Of a stretch of 64,000 nt of DNA, positions 36,219-45,166 are shown piece after piece. Under the pieces are notes generated by a model. The model saw only the letters and a list, made by a program, of their open reading frames with translations. It ran no database searches and was not told the DNA's origin. The stretch's first letter is position 1; each line of letters begins with the position of its first letter. This DNA is from Myxococcota bacterium (lineage in GTDB: Bacteria; Myxococcota_A; UBA9160; UBA6930): NCBI GenBank assembly GCA_965223415.1, contig OZ245002.1, forward strand, positions 3,232,001 to 3,296,000, written 5' to 3'. A program made the position numbers and the translations under genes.

Positions 36219-38449
36219 CGGCGGAGGTCTTCAAGAAGACCTGTCCCCTGTGCGAAGCCATGTGCGGCCTCGAGGTCACCGTGGCGGACGGCCGGGTCGA
36301 GAAGATCCGGGCCAACCGGGACGACGTCTGGAGCCGCGGCTACCTGTGTCCGAAGGGCACGGCCCTGGGCGAGCTGCACCACGATCCGGACCGTCTGCGC
36401 CGGCCCCTCGTGAAGCGCGGCGACGGCTTCGTCGAGGTCGATTGGGACGAGGCCTTCGCCGAGGTCGAGCGCCGCTTGCGGCCGGTGATCGAGAGGCACG
36501 GCCTGGCGGCGGTGACCGCCTACATCGGCAACCCGACGGCCCACAACTACTCCCTCTCGCGCTACGTCGCGGCCTTCACGCCGATGGCCCAGCTGCCCGT
36601 CGTCTACTCGGCGGGCACCGTGGACCAGTGGCCGAAGAACGTGTCGAGTGCGCTGCTCTTCGGAGGCATGTGGACTTTCCCGATTCCCGACGTGGACCGC
36701 TGTGACTTCCTCGTCGTGATGGGCGCGAACCCGCACGCGTCCCAGGGCAGCCTGCTCGCCTGCGCGGACGTGCTGGGGCGCCTCGACGCCATTCGGGCCC
36801 GGGGCGGCAAGGTGGTGGTGGTCGATCCGCGGCGCACCGGGACCGTGAGCCACGCGGACGAGTGGCTGCCGGTTCGGCCGGGCGGCGACGCGGCGCTCCT
36901 GATGGCGATCGTCCAGGTGCTCTTCGCGGAAGGGCGGGTCGACCTCGGTGAGCTCGAGGGCCGGGTGGCCGGTTTGGCGGAGATCGAGGCCCTGTGTCGC
37001 GACTTCACGCCCGATGCCGTCGAGGGGCGCACGGGCCTGCCGGCCGAAGACGTGCGGCGGCTGGCGCGCGAGCTGGCGGGCGCACCGCGCGCCGCCGTCT
37101 ACGGACGCATCGGCACCTGCAACCAAGAGTTCGGCACGCTCGCCTCTTGGCTCGTGGACGTGGTGAACGTGCTCACCGGCAACCTCGACCGGCCGGGGGG
37201 CGCGATGTTCGCGAAGCCCATCGCGTGGTCGCTCACGTCGTTGACGCCGCCGGAGTTCGCCGACGGCTACCGCTTTCATCGCTGGCGCACGCGGGTGCGC
37301 GGAGCACCGGAGATCCTGGGGCAGGTGCCGGTCTCGTGCCTGGCCGAGGAGATCGCGACGCCCGGCGCGGGCCAGCTGAAGGCGCTCGTCACCATCGCCG
37401 GCAATCCGGTGCTCTCGTCACCGGGGGGCGATCGGCTCGACCGGGTGCTTCCCGAGCTCGAGTGCATGGTGTCGGTGGACAACTGGCTGAACGAGACCAC
37501 GCGCCACGCGCACGTGATCCTGCCGGGCCTCTCGGTGCTCGAGCAGCCCCACTACGACGAGATGCTGTGGAGCTGGGCGGTGCGTAGCGCCGGCAAGTGG
37601 TCGCCGCCGGTGTTCGAGCCCGAGCCCGGGCGGCCCGAGGAGTGGGAGATCCTGCTCACCCTCGCGGCGATCCTCCAGGGCCAGAAGGCCGCGGACGTCG
37701 ACACCGCCGCCCTCGATCAGCTGTTCTTCTCGGGTCTCGTCGCGGGTCTCTGCCAGATGCCCGGCTTCCCCACCGCGGGTCGCGATCCGGCGGAGATCGT
37801 CGCGGCCACGCCGGGCCGCGGCCCATCGCGGGTGCTCGACTTCCAGATCCGTACCGGGCCCTGGGGAGAGGGCTACGGGGCGAACCCGGACGGCCTCACC
37901 CTGGAACGCCTCGCCGCGGAGCCCGACGGCCTCGACTTCGGGCCCATGGTGCCGCGGCTGGACGCGGTGCTGACCACGCCGTCGGGTCGGATCGAGCTCG
38001 CGCCGGAGCATCTGGTGGCCGACGTGCCGCGCCTGCGGGACGCGCTGGCGGAGGGGGGTGCCGGGCTCGTGCTGGTGAGCCGCCGCCACGTCCGCTCGAA
38101 CAACTCGTGGATGCACAACGCGCCGTCCCTGGTGACCGGCCGGGATCGCTGCACCCTGCTCGTTCATCCGGACGACGCGGCAGGCCTGGGGCTCGTGGCG
38201 GGGCGCAAGGCGCGCGTCGCCTCGAGCGCGGGAAGCCTCGAGGTGCCGATCGAGATCAGCGACGAGATGCGGCCCGGCGTCGTGTGCCTGCCCCACGGCT
38301 GGGGCCACGACAAGCCCGGAACGCGGCAGGCCGTGGCCTCCCGGCACGCGGGCGTGTGCAACAACGTACTCGCGCCCGGCGAGCTGGTGGATCCCGCCTC
38401 GGGCAACGCGGTCGTGAACGGCATCCCCGTCGAGGTGACGCCGGTCTGA
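36215..38449 (+). CDS. Molybdopterin-dependent oxidoreductase (paralog of 26868-28958)
   Basis: CPLCEAMC...LCPKG, SAGTVDQWPK, GNLDRPGG, NNSWMHN, PHGWGH. Confidence 0.9.
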   Translation: MTAEVFKKTCPLCEAMCGLEVTVADGRVEKIRANRDDVWSRGYLCPKGTALGELHHDPDRLRRPLVKRGDGFVEVDWDEAFAEVERRLRPVIERHGLAAVTAYIGNPTAHNYSLSRYVAAFTPMAQLPVVYSAGTVDQWPKNVSSALLFGGMWTFPIPDVDRCDFLVVMGANPHASQGSLLACADVLGRLDAIRARGGKVVVVDPRRTGTVSHADEWLPVRPGGDAALLMAIVQVLFAEGRVDLGELEGRVAGLAEIEALCRDFTPDAVEGRTGLPAEDVRRLARELAGAPRAAVYGRIGTCNQEFGTLASWLVDVVNVLTGNLDRPGGAMFAKPIAWSLTSLTPPEFADGYRFHRWRTRVRGAPEILGQVPVSCLAEEIATPGAGQLKALVTIAGNPVLSSPGGDRLDRVLPELECMVSVDNWLNETTRHAHVILPGLSVLEQPHYDEMLWSWAVRSAGKWSPPVFEPEPGRPEEWEILLTLAAILQGQKAADVDTAALDQLFFSGLVAGLCQMPGFPTAGRDPAEIVAATPGRGPSRVLDFQIRTGPWGEGYGANPDGLTLERLAAEPDGLDFGPMVPRLDAVLTTPSGRIELAPEHLVADVPRLRDALAEGGAGLVLVSRRHVRSNNSWMHNAPSLVTGRDRCTLLVHPDDAAGLGLVAGRKARVASSAGSLEVPIEISDEMRPGVVCLPHGWGHDKPGTRQAVASRHAGVCNNVLAPGELVDPASGNAVVNGIPVEVTPV

Positions 38450-40524
38450 GGGTCCGCGGACTCGCCGTGCTCCTGCTCCTCGCCGCGACACCGTCCGCCG
38501 CGGCGGATGGGGACTGGCCCCTGCACGGGCGCACCCACGACGAGCAACGTTTCAGCCCCCTCGCCCAGATCCACCGGCGCAACGTCGGCGGGCTCGGCCT
38601 GGGCTGGTCGCTGCCGACGGGGACGACCCGCGGCATGGAGGCGACGCCCATCGTCGTCGACGGCACGATGTATGTCACCACGGCGTGGAGCCGAGTACTC
38701 GCCCTCGACCCGGCCAGCGGCGCCGTGCGCTGGCGTTACGACCCGAAGGTGCCCGGCTGGAAGGCGCGGCATGCGTGCTGCGACGTGGTGAATCGCGGCG
38801 TCGCGGTCTGGAAGGGCCGCGTGTACCTGGGGACGCTCGACGGGCGCCTCGTGGCGCTCGATGCGAAGACCGGCCAGGTGGTCTGGGAGGTGCGCACGAC
38901 GCCGCTGGGCGAGCCCTACACGATCACCGGCGCGCCACGCGTCGTGAAGGGCAGGGTGGTGATCGGCAATGGCGGCGCCGAGTTTGGCGTGCGTGGCTAC
39001 GTCTCGGCCTACGACGCGGAGAGCGGCGCGCTGGTTTGGCGCTTCTACACGGTGCCGGCCAGCAAGGAGGGGCCGCACGAGCATCCGGAGCTGGAGCGGG
39101 CGGCCGAGACCTGGTCCGCCGATTCGGTGTGGGCGTCGGGGCTCGGCGGCACCGTGTGGGACGCCATGACATGGGACCCGGAGCTCGACCTGCTCTACGT
39201 GGGCGTGGGCAACTCGTCCATCTATCACCGGGAGACGCGGAGCCCGGGCGGAGGCGACAACCTCTTCCTCGCTTCCATCCTCGCACTGCGGCCGGATACC
39301 GGCCGTCTGGTCTGGCACTACCAGACGACGCCCGGTGAGCAGTGGGACTACACGGCGACCCAGCACCTGATGCTCGCGAACCTCGAGATCGACGGGCGCC
39401 TGCGCAAGGTGTTGATGCAGGCGCCGAAGAACGGCTTCTTCTACGTGCTGGATCGTGCGACCGGAGAGCTCCTCTCCGCCGAGAAGTACGTGTTCGTGAG
39501 CTGGGCGAGCCGCGTCGACCTGGCGACGGGACGACCGATGGAACGGCCCGAGGCGAGCTGGAACGACGAGGACGCCGCCGTGGCCCCGGCGGTGGTCGGC
39601 GGACATAGCTGGCATCCGATGGCGTTCAGCCCGCGCACCGGGTGGGTCTACGTGCCGGCGATCGAGCTCGCCTACATCTTCCGGCCCGATCCCGGCTACC
39701 GCTTCGTTCCGGGGAAGTTCAATACGGCGGAGGACGTGGCGGGCCTCTCCGAGTCGATCGAGGGCTACGAGGCGCTGAACGACGCGCCCTGCTCGCCGAC
39801 CCGGCTGGTCGCCTGGGATCCGGTGGCGGCCCGCAAGGTCTGGGAGGTGCGCCGCGACACGGCGCTTCCGGCGGGCGTGCTGGCGACGGCTGGCGATCTC
39901 GTGTTCCAGGGAGGCGACGGCGGGCGCCTGGCCGCCTACGATGCGCGCAGCGGGGTGCGGCTCTGGGTCTCGGCGCCCGGCGTGCGCATCATGGCTCCGC
40001 CGATCAGCTACCTGGCGGGCGGCGAGCAGTACGTGGCGGTGGTGGCCGGTGCCGGTGGCAGCTCCGGCGGCCACTTCGAGCGCATCGACGATGCGAACGA
40101 AGGCCGCATCCTCGCCTGGAAGCTGGGCGGAACGGCGATCCGTCCGCCGGCGCGGGCGCGCCCGGCGCCCAGGGTGGAGGCCCCGGAAATCGAGCTCTCC
40201 CCCGAGGCCGTCACGCGAGGTCGCGAGCTCTACGCCCGGTACTGCTTCAACTGCCACGGCATCGGGGTGCGGGCGAGCGGCCTCTACCCAGATCTCCGCT
40301 TCGCGAGCCGCGAGGTGCACGAGCAGTGGAACGACATCGTGCTGGGCGGCCTGCGCCAGGCCAAGGGCATGGCGAGCTTCGCCGACGCCCTCACCCCCGC
40401 CGACGCCGAGGCGATCCACGCCTACGTCATCCAACGCGCCCTCGCCGAGCCCAACCTCCCCCAGCGCCTCCTCCGCTGGGCCACCCATCACGCCTGTATC
40501 CCCGCCCGCTGGCTCACCGACTGA
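38446..40524 (+). CDS. PQQ-dependent quinohemoprotein alcohol dehydrogenase (type II, c-type heme)
   Basis: Signal peptide; RFSPLAQI, EATPIVVDG, vicinal ACCDVVNRG, WDYTATQ and C-terminal CFNCHG. Confidence 0.92.
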   Translation: MRVRGLAVLLLLAATPSAAADGDWPLHGRTHDEQRFSPLAQIHRRNVGGLGLGWSLPTGTTRGMEATPIVVDGTMYVTTAWSRVLALDPASGAVRWRYDPKVPGWKARHACCDVVNRGVAVWKGRVYLGTLDGRLVALDAKTGQVVWEVRTTPLGEPYTITGAPRVVKGRVVIGNGGAEFGVRGYVSAYDAESGALVWRFYTVPASKEGPHEHPELERAAETWSADSVWASGLGGTVWDAMTWDPELDLLYVGVGNSSIYHRETRSPGGGDNLFLASILALRPDTGRLVWHYQTTPGEQWDYTATQHLMLANLEIDGRLRKVLMQAPKNGFFYVLDRATGELLSAEKYVFVSWASRVDLATGRPMERPEASWNDEDAAVAPAVVGGHSWHPMAFSPRTGWVYVPAIELAYIFRPDPGYRFVPGKFNTAEDVAGLSESIEGYEALNDAPCSPTRLVAWDPVAARKVWEVRRDTALPAGVLATAGDLVFQGGDGGRLAAYDARSGVRLWVSAPGVRIMAPPISYLAGGEQYVAVVAGAGGSSGGHFERIDDANEGRILAWKLGGTAIRPPARARPAPRVEAPEIELSPEAVTRGRELYARYCFNCHGIGVRASGLYPDLRFASREVHEQWNDIVLGGLRQAKGMASFADALTPADAEAIHAYVIQRALAEPNLPQRLLRWATHHACIPARWLTD

Positions 40525-41735
40525 GTTGTGGATCGAAGATTGGGTCTGGGGGGGGGGGAGGTGCCCCCTCGTTCACGGGGATCGGTCGCTCAGTCCGCGT
40601 AGCGAAGTCGGTGCGTCCTCTGCCTCGCGAGGCATCGCGTGCGGATCCGGCCGCGGTAGCAGGCCGTGAGCCAGGGCGCGAGCTCCTGGCGCCACGGGAA
40701 GAGGCGACGCGAGAGGATCTCGTTCACCGAGAGCCGTGTCGGGACGATCCCGAGCTGCACCGCCGGGGGATCGCTGCGCTTGCCCTCGGCGCTCCACTTC
40801 ACGTAGTTCCGCCACACCACCCAGATCGCCGCCCGGTACAGCGCCCCCTGCCTCCGCTTCGAGAACGCGATCGTCTCCCGCTTGTGGTTCGCGCTGCCGT
40901 GGCGCAAGAGCAGGTCCGCCAGGTTGATCGGGAAGAGCGGGTTCTTCGCCGTCCTCGCCTTGCGCGACGACGTCGTCTCGTGGACGATCCTCCGCCCCGG
41001 GAGCCGGCGAAGGGCCCCGGGGTAGCTCGGATGCTCGTCCGAGCGCACGACGACCTCCGCGCCCTCCGGCACGATCCGGCCCACGAGCTCCTGGACGGCC
41101 TTGCCCGTGGCCCCGGGGTCCGGACGCCCGTGGGCCTGCTCCAACCGCTCGCGCTTCGCCCGCTGGGCCTTCGTCATCGTCCCGCTCCTCCGCAGCTCGG
41201 CCTCGTTGAAGCCGTAGACGTAGTGGGACGCGCCCACCACCAGGTTCAGGTCGAAGGGCCAGTACTGGCCGGACTCGACGCTGCGGAAGCCGTCGAGGGC
41301 CAGGGGCTCGGCCGGCACCCGGGGCCGGAGGCGCTCGTGGAAGAGCAGGCAGTGGCGCCCCAGGCGCTCGACCTGGCGCTGGAGGGTCGCGTGGGAGACG
41401 CCCAGCTCCTGGGCGATCTGGCGCAGGCCACTGCAGCCGCGCATGCGGAAAAACAGCGTCTCCAGGAGGTCGGGGGCGCGGAGCCAGTAGGTGGGGGAGA
41501 ACGTCGGTTCACTGAACGAGCGGCGGCAGTGTTGACAGAGGTACCGCTGGACGCGGTCGCCGCGGCGGGGGCGGGAGAAGAAGCCCTTCTTCTTGAACCG
41601 CCAAGGGCCCGAATTCGTGTGGGAATCACATGTGGGGTTCGGACAGTGCGGGGGAACGAAGGTAGCGCCGGCGGTCGGCATGACCGCCCTTCACCGCACG
41701 TTTCATGCCGGACCCATTCTTCGATCCACAACTCA
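40522..41735 (-). mobile_element. IS1-like element with 28-bp terminal inverted repeats; no target duplication visible
   Basis: TGAGTTGTGGATCGAAGATTGGGTCTGG (40522-40549) versus the reverse complement of 41708-41735, TGAGTTGTGGATCGAAGAATGGGTCCGG. Confidence 0.8.
40590..41681 (-). CDS. IS1-like transposase (Zn ribbon + HTH + RNase H-like domain)
   Basis: CPNPTC...RVQRYLCQHCRRSFS, LRQIAQELGVSHATL, LDGF, RSDEHPSY, RETIAFSK; enclosed by IRs. Confidence 0.75.
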   Translation of the reverse strand: MPTAGATFVPPHCPNPTCDSHTNSGPWRFKKKGFFSRPRRGDRVQRYLCQHCRRSFSEPTFSPTYWLRAPDLLETLFFRMRGCSGLRQIAQELGVSHATLQRQVERLGRHCLLFHERLRPRVPAEPLALDGFRSVESGQYWPFDLNLVVGASHYVYGFNEAELRRSGTMTKAQRAKRERLEQAHGRPDPGATGKAVQELVGRIVPEGAEVVVRSDEHPSYPGALRRLPGRRIVHETTSSRKARTAKNPLFPINLADLLLRHGSANHKRETIAFSKRRQGALYRAAIWVVWRNYVKWSAEGKRSDPPAVQLGIVPTRLSVNEILSRRLFPWRQELAPWLTACYRGRIRTRCLARQRTHRLRYAD

Positions 41736-41785
41736 TGGAGTGAGCGCGATGGCCCCATGGCGGACCTCACGGATCTCGAGGCCGG

Positions 41786-42358
41786 CTAGCGGCGGAGCTC
41801 GCGGATCTCGTCGCGGGCGTTTCTGAGGATCGTGCGGACCTGGTCGCGGATGTCCGGGTCGTCGGAGGCGCCGACGGTGCGGATGGCTTCCTGCATCAGC
41901 CGGAAGGCGGGGCGGATCAGCTCGGCGGCGTCCGGGTCGTGGGCGTGGCCCCAGCCTCCCCAGTCGTCCTCCTCGAGTCGGCCCCAGATGCGTTCGACGC
42001 TCTCCGCCTCCTCCTCCAGGTGGGCGCGGCCGGCGTCGGTGAGCTCGTAGGTGCGGCGGCCGCCTTCCTCCTCGCGGGAGTGCACGAGGCCTTGGTCCTG
42101 GAGCTGCTGCAGGGTCGGGTAGATCGTGCCGGCACTCGGCTGGTAGCAGCCGTCGGTGCGCTCCTCGAGCAGGGTCATCAGCTCGTAGCCGTGCTTCGGG
42201 CCGTCCTCGAGGAGGGACAGGAGCGCCAGCGGCACCTCCCCCCGATCGAAGAAGCGCCCCTGCCAGGACCAGGGTCCGAAGCGCTCGCCGCGGCCATGGC
42301 GGCCGCGCCGCCGACGGCGGTGGTGACGTCCGAGGTGTCGATAGTGGTGTCGCCTCAT
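41786..42358 (-). CDS. PadR family transcriptional regulator
   Basis: PKHGYELM...YQPSAGTIYPTLQQL...RRTYELTDAG. Confidence 0.92.
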   Translation of the reverse strand: MRRHHYRHLGRHHRRRRRGRHGRGERFGPWSWQGRFFDRGEVPLALLSLLEDGPKHGYELMTLLEERTDGCYQPSAGTIYPTLQQLQDQGLVHSREEEGGRRTYELTDAGRAHLEEEAESVERIWGRLEEDDWGGWGHAHDPDAAELIRPAFRLMQEAIRTVGASDDPDIRDQVRTILRNARDEIRELRR

Positions 42359-42368
42359 GGATCTCAAC

Positions 42369-42386
42369 ATATATCGTGCGATATAT
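42369..42386. promoter_or_regulatory. Probable PadR operator inside its own promoter
   Basis: Perfect AT-rich palindrome ATATATCG-TG-CGATATAT between the minus-strand TTGCGG and TATGTT boxes, overlapping the latter. Confidence 0.7.
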
Positions 42387-42440
42387 TCCGCAAGGCTCGT
42401 ATTGCAGGCTCTCCACCTTCCGGCGTAGCGTGGCCCTCCG

Positions 42441-44168
42441 GTGGGCTACGACCTGGTCATTCGAGGTGGCACGGTGGTGGACGGCACGGGGCTGGCCCGG
42501 CGCCGCGCAGACGTGGCGGTGTCCGCCGGGCGCATTGCCGCGGTCGGCCACTTGCCCGGCGGCGCCGGGGACGCTCGGGTGATCGATGCGGGCGGCTGCA
42601 TCGTCGCCCCGGGCATCATCGACCTCCACACCCACTACGACCCGCAGCTCACCTTCGATCCCTGGGCCACCTGCTCCTGCTACCACGGCGTGACCTCGGT
42701 CCTGGCCGGCAACTGCGGCTTCTCGATCGCCCCCACCCGCCCGGAAGGCCGCGACTACATCAAGGCGATGTTCGCCAAGGTCGAAGGCATGGCCCCGGTC
42801 GCGCTGGACGGCGTGCGGTGGGACTTCGAGAGCTTCCCGGAGTACCTGGCGGCGCGCCGTGGCCGGCTCGGCGTGAACCTGGCCTGCTACGTCGGCCATT
42901 CGACCCTGCGCCGTTTCGTCATGGGCGCCGACGGGTCGCAGCGGGGGGCGAGCACGGAGGAGGTGGCCCAGATGGCGGCCCTGGTCCGCGAGGCGATCGC
43001 CGCTGGAGCCGCCGGCTTCTCGTCCTCCGACGTGCCGACCCAGGTGGACGGTGACGAGCGGCCCATCCCCAGCCGCTTCGCGGCGAAGGAGGAGCTGAAG
43101 GCGTTGGTCGAGGCGGCCGGTCGGGCCGGGGCGGGCAGCATCGCTTACCTGCCGGAGAGCGTCATCGGCGGTCTCGACGCCGAGGACGAGGATCTCCTGA
43201 TCGAGCTGGGCCGACTCGCCCGCGCACCCATCGTGATCCAGGGCGTGGGCGGGCGCGACAAGGTCGACGCCCCCACCGCCGGCTGGGACCACGCCAAGGC
43301 GTTCCTGGATGCGGCGGCCCGGCGCGGCGCCGCCCTCTTCTCCATCCTGCGCACCCACCCCTTCGACCGGCCCATCGACCTGGCCGCAGGCTGCCCGCTC
43401 TACGCGGGCGTCTTCCCCTGGGCCGAGATCATGGACCTCCCGCACGAGGAGAAGCTCGCTCGGCTCCGCGATCCCGCCCAGCGCGAGCGCATGCGATACG
43501 CCGTCGAGCACCCGAACCGCGATCCGCAGGCCGGCTCGACGCTGCCGCCTCCCCATTGGGACGTCACCTTCGTCGAGGAGGTGCGCGACGCCGTCCACGA
43601 GCCGCTCGTCGGCCGCACGATCGCGGACCTAGCTGCCGAGCGGGGCGAAGCGCCCGCCGACGTGCTCCTCGACCTGGCCCTCACCGAGGACCTGGAGACG
43701 AAGTTCCGCTGGCAGAACCGCACGGGGGCGTGGGCCGAAGCCGTGCGCGAGAGCATGAAACACCCCTCGATGTTGATGGGCATCTCCGACGGCGGCGCGC
43801 ATCTCGACCGGGACGACGGCAGCGACTGGTCGAGCTTCTTCCTGCGCCACTGGGTGCTCGATCGGGGGGAGTGGACCCTCGAGGAAGGCGTCCGCCAGCT
43901 GACCCAGGTACCGGCAGCGCTCGCGGGCTTCGCCGACCGCGGCGTCGTGATGCCCGGCTTCGCCGCCGACCTGATGATCTTCGACCCGGAGACGATCGGG
44001 CCCGGCACCAAGCGCCTGGAGCACGACCTGCCCGGCGGCCAGGGCCGCTTCTGCGCGCGTCCGCGGGGCCTGCGCGCCACGATCGTGAACGGAGAGTCCA
44101 TCGTCCTCGAAGGCAAGCTCACCGGCGCCCTGCCCGGGCAGCTGCTGGCGCCCCACGGCGGATCGTGA
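42441..44168 (+). CDS. N-acyl-D-amino-acid deacylase family amidohydrolase
   Basis: YDLVIRGGTVVDGTG, PGIIDLHTHYD, GNCGFSIAP, SDGGAH. Confidence 0.9.
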   Translation: MGYDLVIRGGTVVDGTGLARRRADVAVSAGRIAAVGHLPGGAGDARVIDAGGCIVAPGIIDLHTHYDPQLTFDPWATCSCYHGVTSVLAGNCGFSIAPTRPEGRDYIKAMFAKVEGMAPVALDGVRWDFESFPEYLAARRGRLGVNLACYVGHSTLRRFVMGADGSQRGASTEEVAQMAALVREAIAAGAAGFSSSDVPTQVDGDERPIPSRFAAKEELKALVEAAGRAGAGSIAYLPESVIGGLDAEDEDLLIELGRLARAPIVIQGVGGRDKVDAPTAGWDHAKAFLDAAARRGAALFSILRTHPFDRPIDLAAGCPLYAGVFPWAEIMDLPHEEKLARLRDPAQRERMRYAVEHPNRDPQAGSTLPPPHWDVTFVEEVRDAVHEPLVGRTIADLAAERGEAPADVLLDLALTEDLETKFRWQNRTGAWAEAVRESMKHPSMLMGISDGGAHLDRDDGSDWSSFFLRHWVLDRGEWTLEEGVRQLTQVPAALAGFADRGVVMPGFAADLMIFDPETIGPGTKRLEHDLPGGQGRFCARPRGLRATIVNGESIVLEGKLTGALPGQLLAPHGGS

Positions 44169-44237
44169 GACAAGGGGACGTTCCTTTCTGTCTCACGGCT
44201 TCGCCGTGAGACAGAAAGGAACGTCCCCTTGTCTCAC
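44165..44237. repeat. Perfect 73-nt palindrome: inverted doublet of family A REP units between convergent genes
   Basis: GTGAGACAAGGGGACGTTCCTTTCTGTCTCAC-GGCTTCGCC-GTGAGACAGAAAGGAACGTCCCCTTGTCTCAC; 35-bp stem. Confidence 0.95.
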
Positions 44238-45115
44238 TAGATGCCCTTCAGCCAGTCGGCGACCGCCTGGCCGATCTCGTCGGGCGAGTCCTCCTGCACG
44301 AAGTGGATGCCCTTCACCGTCACCTCGCTGGTGCGGGGCCAGCTGCGGCAGAGCTCGCGCTGCTCGCCGCGCAGGATGGCGCCGGGCTCGGCGTTGATGA
44401 AGAGCTTGGGCACGTCGCAGCCCGCGAGCCACTCGCCGTAGGCCTTCACGATCTCCACCACGTCCTCGGGTTCGCCCTCGATCGGGATCTGGCGCGGCCA
44501 GGTGAGGGTGGGGCGGCGGCCCTCGCCGGGCTCGCGGAAGGGCCGGCGGTAGACCTCCATCTCCGCGTCGCTGAGCTCGCGCATCACCGAGGTGGGCAGG
44601 ACCTGCTCGATGAAAGCGTTGCCCTCCAGGATCATCTCTTCGCCAGCGGGGGAGCGGAAGCCCTGGAAGACGGCGGTGGCGGCCCCCGGCCACTGGTCCC
44701 AGGTCATGGGGGCGACGATCCCCTCCATGTAGGCGATACCGCGCACCGCGTCGCGGTGGCGGTTGGCCCAGTCGAAGCCGAGCGCGGAGCCCCAGTCGTG
44801 GATCACGAGGGTGACCCGCGAGTCGACGCCCAGCTGCTCGAGCAACGCGTCCAAGTACTCGCGGTGCTCGACGAAGCGGTAGCGCTCGGGCCCGCTGTCC
44901 TCGAGCTTGTCCGAATCGCCCATGCCGATCAGGTCCGGCGCGATGCAACGGCCGAGCCCCTCCAGGTGGGGAATCACGTTCCGCCACAGGTAGGACGAGG
45001 TCGGATTGCCGTGCAGCAGGACGATCGGGTCGCCGCTGCCGACGTCGACGTAGGCCATCGTCTTGCCCCGCACCGTGGCGGTCTGCTTCGGGTAGCGCTC
45101 TTCGGCCGAGATCAC
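44237..45115 (-). CDS. Haloalkane dehalogenase (LinB/DhaA-like)
   Basis: [45 protein letters not shown]. Confidence 0.93.
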   Translation of the reverse strand: MISAEERYPKQTATVRGKTMAYVDVGSGDPIVLLHGNPTSSYLWRNVIPHLEGLGRCIAPDLIGMGDSDKLEDSGPERYRFVEHREYLDALLEQLGVDSRVTLVIHDWGSALGFDWANRHRDAVRGIAYMEGIVAPMTWDQWPGAATAVFQGFRSPAGEEMILEGNAFIEQVLPTSVMRELSDAEMEVYRRPFREPGEGRRPTLTWPRQIPIEGEPEDVVEIVKAYGEWLAGCDVPKLFINAEPGAILRGEQRELCRSWPRTSEVTVKGIHFVQEDSPDEIGQAVADWLKGI

Positions 45116-45166
45116 GGGGAGTCCTCCTCGAGGGGAGGCGATAGGGTCCCCGCGCGGAGGCGCCTG

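Noticed and set aside
39340..39365. Lanthanide-dependent PQQ dehydrogenase
   Set aside because: The active-site segment reads WDYTA, lacking the extra Asp (D-x-D) of lanthanide enzymes; consistent with the Ca-type quinohemoprotein.
3821..44237. 32-nt palindromic repeats as CRISPR repeats
   Set aside because: Copies are inverted pairs or dispersed, with no direct-repeat/spacer array and no cas genes.
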